Of a stretch of 64,000 nucleotides of DNA, positions 39,244 through 51,200 are shown piece after piece. Source of the stretch: the human T2T-CHM13v2.0 reference genome, Homo sapiens; assembly GCF_009914755.1 (NCBI RefSeq), contig NC_060925.1; one strand, 5' to 3'. Position 1 is the first letter of the stretch; the number at the start of each line of letters is the position of its first letter. The position numbers and the translations under genes were made by a program. Below the pieces are notes generated by a model that made no database searches, was not told the origin of the DNA, and saw only the letters and a program-made list of their open reading frames with translations.

Positions 39244-39584
39244 GACCCGTCTTTTTCATCTCCATAAACACGGGACAGAATCCTGGTCAGCTTTACGGGG
39301 GCCTACAGGAAGTGAGGGCCAGTCCTGGAAAACTGGTAACAAAACAACCTGAGACTGAATAGAACCCATTGTAGGTTCTATATTCTATATTCAATAGAGC
39401 CTGTCAGGACCAGGAAGGACCCTAGAGATCAAATGGATCAACTCCTTCACTTTGCAGATGAACAAACTGAGGCTCAAAAGATCAAAAGATTCACCTAAGT
39501 TCACTCCATTACACTGAGTCCTTGCTCCTGAAATGGCCCTCTTCCTCACACAGTACAGCCTCATTCCTCACTATCTTCTGGTAC

Positions 39585-39587
39585 TGT

Positions 39588-39621
<34 letters not shown>
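39585..39621. repeat. (TG)n microsatellite with CG interruptions
   Basis: Read directly. Confidence 0.9.
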
Positions 39622-39924
39622 AATGGCAGAACATGCTCTTCACACCAGATTTTTCGAATAGGGAAAAGAAATTTTAAAATGTTCACAAACCTGAGGCCCA
39701 TGCAACATTAAGCTGTAGAATGATTCTGCTTTATCCTGCTTCCAGGGCACATCTGTGAGCTGCCTGCTGATGCCATCGGCTCTTTGTTCCAGGAAGCCAT
39801 CTAATTCCCATGGTGGGGAACCACAGCCAGCTCCCTTACAGGACTCTCAGCAGTGGAATCAGCATGATAGTCAGTCTAACCCTGTTTTCTTAAGATGTAT
39901 CCAGCTCTCTACTTTCTCCACTTT

Positions 39925-40155
39925 GAGGTTAACAGTAAGACTTTGGATTTAGTCAATGAGGGTTTGGATTCAGTTCCCTCACTTACTAGGTGAGAGACCT
40001 CAAGCAAGTCACTAAGCCTCTCCAAGCCTCAGTTTCCTTGTATGGAAAATGGGTACAATACTGCCTACCTCTATAAACTAGTGTGAGGATTAAGATGATG
40101 TGTACAGAGCCAGCACAGGGCTGGGAAAAGAATAAACCCCTAATAACCCATAGCT
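39925..40155 (+). mobile_element. MIR
   Basis: caagcaagtcactaagcctctccaagcctcagtttccttgtatggaaaatggg. Confidence 0.75.
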
Positions 40156-40397
40156 AGGAGGATAAGGAGAAGGTTAATGTCAACATTAGCAGTACTACCA
40201 GAATTTTATCTTCTCTAAGACAGGCAAAGGAAATTCTCACTGGTCCATCTTTGAGTTTTGAACTTCGTATCTTTTGCATTTAATAATAAAATAGATTACT
40301 GCCAAACCACGTTTTGTGTATATATATGTGTATATGTACACACACACACACACGCTCCTCTTCTAATCATCAGAGTAACATTGTAAACCCAAGAGCA

Positions 40398-40785
<388 letters not shown>

Positions 40786-42049
40786 CTACACCCACCTATG
40801 ATCTATCTGCTACATGCCCCTCTGTCTTCTTCCTCCACTCTTTCAACAGATTCTAAATACAAGCATCAAAGGTTGACTTCATCTCCATTTCCAGGCACTT
40901 TGGTGAACTGCTGGACTCCCCTCCTAATGATGACCTTTTTCACTCATGCAGTTAAGTACTCATATTCTTGCATGCATTTTCCTTTACACATTTCTCCTTG
41001 TGAGGCTTCTGCACTCGCAAATGTGATTATTTCTCCTTCTGAATAAACATCAAGATCATACATCTTTCAACAAAGATTTCCTTTCACACAGCCACCTGAT
41101 GTTTGTGAAACAACAATCCTGTCCCTATATGATTCTTCTATTGACCAACCCTGCAGCCCCTATTCACCCAGAACATCTCCATCATCCTAGACAGCCCTGT
41201 TCCTTGGCTAAAATTATAACAGGCATCTCCTCCCTCAGAGTCCCATGGGCCTCTGGCATTTTCTGCTCTTTGTGTTTCCCAGTCCTCGTGTAGGTGGTTC
41301 TGTCCCAAAGTGATGTGATCTCATTAAAATCTTCGAGGCTCCTCTGTACCCCTCCTTTCTGTCCAGCCGCATGTGCCTGCCCCCAGCTTCATCACAAACT
41401 GAGCCCCATCCCCTCTCCTGGGCCTCTCCACCTTCTGCAGCTCCGTTGCACTTCCAATTGGCCTGCTACCTTTTCTGCTTTAGTCTGCCTCGTCTCTTTC
41501 TCTGAAAGCTCATCTCTCTCCTTTCTCTTCTCCCTTGTGTGCTTCAGACAAAGACAGACCTTTTGGAAGTGAGCTCAGCTTTCTATTCTCACAGCTCGTT
41601 TCCCCTTCTGGTTTTCTTCTTATCCCTCTTGTTTACCCCACATTACTTTATCACTCTCCTACTCCATGACCCTAAATCTCTCTTCTTCACAGAATACTGC
41701 TCCCTCTCACAAACTCCTCCTCTTGCTCACTCTGAAGCCTCAGCAACAAACATTATTTCAAAACGTGCCCTAGCTCTGCATGGCCTCTTCTTTCATTCAG
41801 GGCCCTTGAAGCTGTCCCAGCTCTGCCTGCCTCCTTTTTAGGTTATTCTTTTAGAAGGACATTTCAAAGATATTCTCTTTCACACCACAAAAGTAACTGA
41901 CAATGCATGCCTCAACTCCCCCCTTATTTTAAACAGGAGACATGGGTGGAACCTTGTCCTATGCACCCCCAAACACAGCCTCTATTTACCATTCTTGTTG
42001 TCATTATCTTGGCTCTGGTTCTAATTATTTCTCTCCTACACCCGTAAAC

Positions 42050-42440
42050 ACACATCCTTGACTTATTTCTTGTCAATTTTCATCTGCCCTTCACACCTTC
42101 TACTCCAGACTGATTCCAAAAAGCAAATTTGATCAATTAGATTCCCAGCTGACAAGGTTTCAATGGCTCCCCATTACTTTCAGCATGAAGTTGAAACTCT
42201 CCAGTATGGCATGTAAGGTTCTGCATGCCGTAGCCCCTGCCTACCACCACAGCTCAATTCCTCTACTCAGCACAATCCAAGATCCCTGGGGAACAGTAAC
42301 ACGGGACTGCTTTGTACCCATGTGGGTTCAACTAAGGGAAACACACCATGGTAGTTCCTGTGGCCCTGCCTCAAATATGATGTTTCCACACCCACTGCAT
42401 ATATGATGAACTCCTATTGGCCTTTATCCTATTATCCTAA
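42050..42440 (+). mobile_element. L2 fragment
   Basis: ttcaatggctcccattactttcagcatgaag...aaggttctgcatg...gcccctgcctacc. Confidence 0.6.
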
Positions 42441-43069
42441 CATCCTTCTGGGTCCAACTCAACAAAAGAAATGAAGGATGGATAAATGGAGGGAAGGAGA
42501 AAGAGAGGTAGGGAGAGAGGGAAGGAAGGAGCATACTAATGCATAGTACATGGGTACAATTTGTGACCAATAGCTATTTCCATAGTAATTATAACTAAAT
42601 TGTTCCCCAAATGAAATGTATCTGGCAGGTCACTAGCCCTATACTTTCCGAGATACAGAAAATTTAGATACCTAACTCCCCCCATAGAAACAAGCTTGAT
42701 AACAAAAATAACTGTAATAGCTAATATACCTCACCCCAGAAAACTTCTGAGTTGTTTACCTATATCAACTCATTTATTCCTCAGTAAACGGTGAGGAAAC
42801 ATAAATATGTCAAGTAATTTGCTCAAAGCCATACAGCTTTTAGTGCAGGGTCACAGTGTAAACCCAGGCCACCTGGCCCCCAAACCAATGTTGTTAATAC
42901 TGCATCCATGGTCTGCTCTTATAAGTGGCACTGTTAACACATACCAAACTTTCTTCAACAAGTCTTCAATATCTCCCATGCTCACAGACTTATTACAGAC
43001 AAAGAAGGTTTTGGCCCTATGTGGCGCTCTTAAGTAAGACTGTAACCTTCTTCCAGAAGTTGATCAGGA

Positions 43070-43265
43070 TGAAAAGAATATGGAATTTGAATCAGAAGAC
43101 CTGATGGGATTCAAGTTCCATCTATAATATTCATTAGTTGTGTGGCCTTAGGCAAATCATTTAACTTGGACTTCAATTTCTGCCTGTAATGGAGATATTA
43201 ACACCTGCCCTCATAGGGATACTCCTAAGTATAAATGAGATAATGTCTACGAAAATATTTTGCAA
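43070..43265 (+). mobile_element. MIR
   Basis: ttgaatcagaagacctg...tgtgtggccttaggcaaatcatttaac...aaatgagataatgt. Confidence 0.72.
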
Positions 43266-44621
43266 AAGGTGTCATTTCAATTCTAGCAGTTCTATTCAGA
43301 CACCAAAATAATCACGATTGTACTCCTGACCTGAAAATCACCTGGAGCTCCTTAATTCATGGAAACCAAACTTCTGCAAGCAAGTGTCCCAACTTTATTC
43401 CAGTGGCATGGATAATCAGAGCCCTGGCATATAACCTTCTTCTGGACAATTAACACTTATTCTGTATAAAGTTACTCCTTCTTTCAAAGCTTCCCTTCAA
43501 AGGGGCCTATAAAGATGAATTCAGCTTCCTCCAAGGACAAGACAAGGAGAAATCAAGAAGAGAAAGAAAAGCCAGTTCTGACCCGTTTTCATTTCATTAT
43601 TCAGCCTATCTTAATCTTCCCAATTTTTATTTTACTTTTTGCTGTTTTCCTTCTCCCAACTTCCTGCTTACAAATGTTAGCCATGCATACTATGATCCCA
43701 GGTCATTCTAAGGTGGAAATCTGCTTTAAGAAAACCCAAATTCCTAGCTGTCCTCCTTCTCCTAAATACATCTGTACGACAAGCATTCCATTGCTGTCCT
43801 TCTAACTTCTTGATCTAAATAATCTTTTCCCACAAATAGTTTAAGTTCTTCCACCTTGCTCCCAGTGGCCATGCTTTTTCTGTAGCTGAATAGAAGCTTA
43901 ATTAATACCTCACACAGCCAGCCAGGGACAGAGCTGAGCTTTGAATCCAGATCCCCTACCCACAGCCAAAGTTCATTCTAGCATAGCACAGTGCCGCCCT
44001 AACTCCATGTTTTTGGTTCCAAGAATGTCCATTCATTCACAAGCATTTAATAACCCAGTAGTATGCTTGGTGCTCAGATATTCAAGAAATTCAGGCTAAG
44101 AAGCAAGAAGAATATAATAAACACACTCAAAGATGTATGAAAAAAGAAGAGGCTGCAACAGAGGCATCTGTTACTTCTTCATGATCTATTTTGTTGCAAG
44201 GATATAGCATTAATGAGCATAGCAACTCACAGTTCCTTATTATAGAATCCATGAAACATAAAACAACTAAGAGAAGCAATTGAGTCATGTTAACCTCTGT
44301 AATCTTTAAGGTCTACCTCCCTGCTTGGCACATGGGAGGTATACTAAAAACATCAACTAATTAATGCTTCAATAAGCTTGAATCTCCAAGAGCATGAGCC
44401 CCATATGTTGTGGATTCATTATTTTATTTAACAACCAACATTTACTGAACATCTACTACATGCAGATATATTCTGGAAAACAAGAAGACTACAATACAGC
44501 TCACGACCCCACAAATGTGTCTTGATGCTATCAGATGAAAATAACTATATAAGATGCTTCTGGAGCAATGTTGCACTAATCCATCTGTGCATTCTTCTGG
44601 TCTTTTTAAAGGCAGAGGAAT

Positions 44622-44623
<2 letters not shown>

Positions 44624-44661
<38 letters not shown>

Positions 44662-44688
44662 AGAGAGGAGAGAGAGAGAAGAGGGAGA
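44624..44688. repeat. Compound (CA)n(GA)n microsatellite
   Basis: Read directly. Confidence 0.9.
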
Positions 44689-44938
44689 CAGCAATTTCAT
44701 GTTGCTGGAAAGTTGCATTTTTTTAGGTAAAAATGCAGTGTTAATATGAAGGATGACTCTGATCACAATTCCTATCATTCATTTGTCTCTCCTAGATAAG
44801 TTTAGTTTAGATCAGGCTCCACAATGTCTTAGTGATTTTTAATAAACCAGATCAGACTCATTCAGGTACACTTTAAGGATAATTTCAAACAGCAGAAGTC
44901 AGCCCAAACTTCCCTAGTCATGTAACAAAGCATGTAAT

Positions 44939-45245
44939 GGCCAGGCACAGTGGCTCACGGCTATAATCCCAGCACTTTGGGAGGCCAAGGCGGACAGATC
45001 ACAAGATCAGGAGATCGAGACCAGCCATGGCCAATATGATGAAACTCCATCTCTATTCAAAATACAAAAATCAACCAGGCATGGTGGCACATGCCTGTAG
45101 TCCCAGCTTCTTGGGAGGCTAAGGCAGGAGAATTGCTTGAACCCAGGGGGCGGAGGTTGCAGTGAGCGAGATCGTGCCACTGCACTTCAGCCTGGGTGAC
45201 AGAGCGAGACTGTCTCAAAACAACAACAACAACGACAACAACAAA
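44939..45245 (+). mobile_element. AluSc/Sg-like with (AAC)n tail
   Basis: Full dimer, caggagatcgagacc; TSD aaagcat(g/a)taa. Confidence 0.93.
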
Positions 45246-45294
45246 AAGCATATAACGAACACTCCTACTTATTAGGCTTAGTTTTCTTCCTGCA

Positions 45295-45780
45295 TTCAAA
45301 ACATATTGGTTGAGCAGTCATGCACTGTGCTAGGTACTGAGTGAAACAATACTCCTTGCCACCTAAGACCTCAGTCTTCACGAGGAAAAACCTTAAACCA
45401 ATAAATTAAATTTGAGGAAATGCAGTTAGAACAAAAAAGGGAAGAATTAATTCTGACCAAAAGAGTTTGAGAAAACAGGAGAAATATTTTTGGTGGGTCT
45501 TGAAAGAAGCACTAAATTCATCCAGGTGAGGAGGGTAGAGAAAATGTAATTCCATTATGTGGAAGAGCATTTCTAAACCCTGACTTCTGAGAGGAACTGG
45601 CATGTTCGGGAAATAGCCAGAAGATCAACGTGACTCAAGCAATCTGCATGTGGGACTGGGAAGATGGAGATGGGGACAGTAGAATGTCTGTAAAGTAACA
45701 AAGCACCATTGGAGAGCATGCTGTGCCACCCATTAAGCCACAGAGATTTGATTTTCCCAAAATTCCCTTAAGAGACAGTA
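45295..45780 (-). mobile_element. L2 fragment
   Basis: attcaaaacatattggttgagca...gcactgtgctaggtactga...gggtcttgaaag. Confidence 0.6.
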
Positions 45781-45866
45781 TCATATTGGGAGGAAAAGTG
45801 TAAGCTTTGGTGCCAGTCGGCCCCGGCTCCACATTCAGGATGTACTATCTCTTCAATGTGTGACCT

Positions 45867-45975
45867 TTTTCAAAATGTATTTTTTAAATGAAAGTAAACA
45901 TTGTATATATTTATGGTGTACAACATGATGTTTTGATATATGTATACATTGTGGAATGGCTAAATCGAGCTATTT
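45867..45975 (-). mobile_element. ~105-bp L1MA 3'-end stub inserted in a MIR
   Basis: ttgtatatatttatggtgtacaacatgatgttttgatatatgtatacattgtggaatggctaaatcgagcta; direct repeat tgtgtgacct at 45857-45866 and 45982-45991. Confidence 0.8.
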
Positions 45976-46257
45976 CCTCTCTGTGTGACCTGAGCAAGCT
46001 AATTCTTTGGCCTTGGTTTCTTATGAAAAATGGGGATGATTATAATAGGACCTAACTCATAGGGGTGTTATGACAGCTAAATGAGCATTTAGAGTAATGC
46101 CAGATCACTGAGATATATTGCAAAGTCATTACTGCCAGTGATTCATTAAAATAATTTTTGGTTTTTTCACTTCAGCATAGGGATCTGATTCAGGCAAGCA
46201 TTTCAGGAACTGCCCGTAGCTGGTGCTTATATTGATGAACAAAGAAATAAATCAGGA

Positions 46258-46520
46258 GGCCGGGTGCAGTGACTCATGCCTGTAATCGTAGCACTTTGGG
46301 AGATGGAGACAGGTGACTGCTTGAGCCCCGGAGTTCGAGACCAGCCTGGGCAACATGGTGAGGCTCCATCTCTACAAAAAAAAAATATAAAAATTAGCTG
46401 GGCATGGTGGCATGCACCTGTAGTCCCAGTTTGAGCCCAGGGAAGTAGAGGCAGCAGTGAGCCATGATCGTATTACAGCCTGGGTGATACAGTGAGACCC
46501 CTTCTCAAAAAATGAAAATC
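46258..46520 (+). mobile_element. AluJb with internal right-arm deletion
   Basis: J diagnostics; about 30 bp missing after tgtagtcccag; TSD aaagaaata(a/g)atc(a/t)gg. Confidence 0.9.
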
Positions 46521-46533
46521 AAAAGAAATAGAT

Positions 46534-46750
46534 CTGGGCCAGAAAACTACCACCGGTGGGCCAAATCTGGATGGGCAATTGCTGTTTTTCTAGGTAAAGT
46601 TTTATTGGAACACACTCACTTGTGTATTTTCTATGGCTACTTTTGAGCTACAACAGCTGAGTTGAGTAGTTGCAACAGAGACCATATATCCTGCCAGGTC
46701 AAAAATATTTACTATCTGAATCTTTGCAGAAAAAGGTTCACTGACCCTTG
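46534..46750 (+). mobile_element. MER58A (hAT-Charlie)
   Basis: gggccaaatctgg...taaagttttattggaacac...gagttgagtagttgcaacagagacc...ctgacccttg; ~8-bp TSD a(a/g)atagat. Confidence 0.88.
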
Positions 46751-47472
46751 AGATAGATGACTGAAGGCTATAGGGCAAGATAGGTGGCCCACATATAGGT
46801 AGATCTACATGTGTATCTATAATCTAGAACCTTGATTCAAAAACTTGCTCATTATCCTTTCCTGCTTTGGTCACTAGACTAGTAGTTCTCAACGTAGCAT
46901 TATGCTGTAATTGTTTATATGAGCGGGTTTCTCTGTTAACCTTTATCATATATGGTGCAGTGAAAGAACAAAGTTGAGGCCATTCACCGTAGATCTTACC
47001 AGATTATTAGAGCCAACACAGGCAGTGCTTTGTTCAAAGCAATCTTTTCCTTAACACAGGTTGAAGTACGTTCCCCTTCTTCTATCAGACCAACATCAGA
47101 CCCAACGGGCGTTGTGTTGCAAAGACAAACTGCTGAAGGCAGAGAGCTTCGAAAACCACTTGCTTTCCAACAGCAACACAGTTACCTTAGCCTCTAGTCT
47201 CCAGGTACAAAAACAGCTTTTGTGGTTGTCTGAAATATAAGAGATCTCAATCGCTGTTTACTGAACCTCAAACCTTGACAAAATAGGTTACTTTCAGGTC
47301 CTGAACTAGCTTCAAGTTTATCCTTTCCTTAAAGAACTACAAAAGAGAATAAGCTGTATGCACCACATTCTTTTTGTTATGTTAGAATTAGGGATTCGCA
47401 CAGAAGGAAATGCTTCTGAATGAACCTTCTCTGCAGATGCCCCTGGAAAGCTAGCTGACCATGCCCTTTGAG

Positions 47473-47732
47473 CAGTATGTTCTAAAACAGTTTCTGGGAA
47501 CACAATTTTAATAGGTGCCTATAAGAACAGGGAGCATTTTCATGTCTACAAAAGACCAAAGCCAAATTTTTAAATGTCAAACATACTTGTTTCTAGCAGG
47601 ACTTCCAAAGCCTTTAACTGTGCATTGAGAATCTCCTAGAGACATAAAGCATGCAGAGCTGCCCAAACTTATTTGACCAAAGGAAACCTTTATGGGTCTG
47701 ATTTTCCTTGGAATGTGGTTTGGAGAATGTTT
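47473..47732. mobile_element. MER103C-like (hAT-Charlie)
   Basis: gcaggacttccaaagcctttaa...tgtgcattgagaatctcc...cccaaacttatttgacca. Confidence 0.65.
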
Positions 47733-47871
47733 TTAGATTATAGATTATCATAAAGTTTCCTGATGGATGCAACCCACTTTCTATACCCTCTTAGAAAGGA
47801 TATCATCATTAAAAATTGGTTGTTTTTGCATTTCTGCCCATCAAAGGAACAAACAATTACTAATATATATG

Positions 47872-48173
<302 letters not shown>

Positions 48174-48446
48174 TAATGTGTATGCTAAATCCTACAATAT
48201 CACTTGGCACCCGGGGAGACCACTCATACTGAAGCCAGATTTTGCAAGCCTTACCCTAATAAACTAGCTCTGAGCTACCAAATTGGATGTCACATATCAC
48301 GGGAAACGTAAAGAAGGAATGAACACCCCTTGAGCCACTACCACAAGCCAAGAATTGTTTTACCTATGACACCCTACTTAATCTTCAAAACAACCCTGCA
48401 AGGTAGTTATTTATTATTCCCATTTCTCAGATGAAATGATCTGTAT

Positions 48447-48603
48447 CTGTGCTGTCCACTACCTATACCACAGTAGCTCCTAGTCACGTGAAGCTACTGA
48501 GCATCTGAAATGTGGCTAGTGTGACTAAGGAGCTGGACTTTTTAATTAATTTAAGTTTAAATAGCCACAGGTATCCCATGGCTACCATATTAGGGAATAC
48601 AGA
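48447..48603. mobile_element. MER3-like fragment
   Basis: gctactgagcatctgaaatgtggctagtgtgactaagga...tttaaatagccac. Confidence 0.75.
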
Positions 48604-49380
48604 CCTATAGCATTCTTAAGTATAGAGGCTATCTGACTCAATTTTACTGAAACACCAAGTTATCAGTTTTCCACTATCAACCTCCGATTTTACCTGATAT
48701 TACTAATCCAGGAGGTCCCAAGGACTGGCAAATATAGCAGAGAAAAGAAGTAAAAGCAAATGTGGGTAAGACTGAACATAATCTACAGCAGCATAGCAGG
48801 CAACAAGTATTAAATATTTCTTGTGGGGCTAGACCACCCAAAGTATTTTAGTGAGCTATAAGGTGGGATAGAGAAAGGCACAGCAAGAGCAAAAGCGCTG
48901 AGAGGTCTGTTGATTCAGAAAATGCCAGCGCACTTCAGTGGGCTCTCACACACCATGCTGTGCTTCCCTTATTCTGGTCGCTAGCACCGAACACATAAAA
49001 GGTTTGAACACTCTGCTGAAAACATTAGATTGCAGGTTTTGGAAAAATCCATTTAACCTAGCATCTCCATGCCAAACAAGCCAGAGTGGAGATCCATAAC
49101 TATCATGAAGCACGTTTCAGTGTAAGGTGTCAGATCGTCTGAATCCCTTTGGTAAGCTGTTTTTTTGTTTTGTTTTGGTTATTTTGTTTTGTTTTAACTT
49201 TTCTTCCTAACCTTTGACACAGATCCCAGGATGCCACATTTGGGGGAAAAAACACTTCTAGTTAAGTTTCCATCTTGGTAATTTGAATGGCTGACGGCAA
49301 AAGTAAATTGTGGATTGTTCTTTGACTTTACGAGTTTAGCAATTTATCCAGAGATATCACACTGATTAGAGAAATGCATA

Positions 49381-49590
49381 CCAGCACAGAGGTTAAGAAT
49401 ATGAGTTTTGAAATCGCACTGGTTCAAACCCTGGTTCTGCCACTTAATAGCTAGCCATGTGACCTTGACCACGTACTAGTACTTCTCTATGCCTCAGTTC
49501 CTTCATCTGTCAAATGGGGCCAAGATGGATGCTGCCTCTTAAGGATGTTCTCACATGCTAACATAGAGCCTGACTATAAGAACTTGTTAG
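49381..49590 (+). mobile_element. MIR
   Basis: ggttaagaatatgag...ggttcaaaccctggttctgccactt...gcctcagttccttcatctgtcaaatgggg. Confidence 0.78.
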
Positions 49591-50549
49591 TAAGTCCAGG
49601 CCTCAGCTCCTCTAGGGAAGCTGAACAAGTCACTTGTCCATACTAATCAGTGGGATCTTTATTATATAGAATGATAACAATGTTTCCTCTATATATGTTT
49701 ATCTTTCTCATATGGCCCAATTGAAATAATGTAAATAAACATGTTTTCAGAAGCATAAGGCAATATAGTAATAATATTTTATATTAACATACTACATTTT
49801 TCCTGTAGTCATAAAAGACTGGTTTATTCAACAGAAATCATCAACTATGAGAATTAGAAGGACCCTTAGAAACCATTTTATCCATTCCAATGTAAGGATC
49901 CTCTACAGTACCCTTTTCCCTTAATTTTCTCAGCTTGTAAAATTTGGGAAAGAAAACACATTATATAGACCATTTTACACTTAGACAATTCTTTAAGCCA
50001 AAACCTGCCTCCTCTAACCTCCAAACTTTTGGTGGTAAACAGAAAAATTCTAATTCCCATTCCACATTTCCACATGACAGTTTCCTAACTATACAGATAG
50101 TTGTCATGCTCCACACTTCCCCTATACACTCATCCCCACCAACAGATACATGTTTCACAGTATAAATATTTCCACTTGCTTCTATTATTTTTATAATTTT
50201 TTGAGAGATTATCTATTTTTTTCTTCCAGACCTTTCACCATACTTCCTAGGGACACACTCTGATTTGATCAGTTCCCATTCCACGAACATTTACCCAAAC
50301 CTGTTACTTGCCTGGCCCAGTGCTGGGCTCTGAGGAAAGGAGCTAAGTCAGAAAAGAGAGTGCACGTCCACACAGTCACTGCCATGTATGGGAGGCAGAT
50401 GTGTCCCTACACAGCTGAACCTCCCACTGGCTCTCCACAGGGCAGAGACAGGAATTCATGATCAACTTTTTCTTAATGTACAAAAGACTTCTATTAGTCT
50501 ACCCCGAGTGATGAGGCATCCTGAGTAGCCTACTGATGACATGTATTAA

Positions 50550-50800
50550 CTTAAATCAACTACTTCCCATCTCCTTCATAAGAACGGCCAGATATTCACT
50601 ACATTCTACTTAGCTGTTAATATTAAATGGTTTGCACCTAAGTGCCAGCACAGAGGTTAAGAATATGCAAGGCTTTGCATTTAGCCCTTTTAAATTTTAC
50701 CCTGTTTAACTCAGTCAACCTTTCTCATGTATAAAGATCAGTGTTTAGCCTGTTATTCTGGTTCTCTTGTCTCTGTGTTATCTGCCCATCAGGTAAGTAT
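50550..50800 (-). mobile_element. CR1/L3-like fragment
   Basis: cctaagtgc...ctttgcatttagcccttttaaattttaccctgtt resembles the L3 consensus as I recall it. Confidence 0.45.
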
Positions 50801-50914
50801 ATGTTGTTCACTTTCTCCCAATTCCTGGTAAAATTGTTAACAACAAAAATGACTTCCATTTGACTGCCCAAGTTTACCAGAGATACTAGATTTTTAAGGC
50901 TTTTCACTCATACA

Positions 50915-51200
50915 TTTGCTCATTCATTCAGTCAACACTATCGAGTGCACCCTTTGAGCAAGGCCCATAGGCGGCAGAGAGAATTATAAAGTGAAAGAGA
51001 TACTGTCAGTGTGCTTGGGACACTTACCATCTTAGGGAGGTGACAACATGTATATGAATAACTAGAACATGGGGCCTTATGTGAGTGCCCTCGAGCACAG
51101 AGGGAGAGCCATTCATTCAGACTGAGAGGATCTAGGGATGCCTGAGGGAAAGGAGAGCAACTGATGGGGCATTGAAAGATAAGGAGGAGTTCAACAGGCA
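50915..51200 (-). mobile_element. L2 fragment
   Basis: tcattcattcagtcaacactatcgagtgc...ttgaaagataaggaggagttcaacaggca. Confidence 0.6.
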
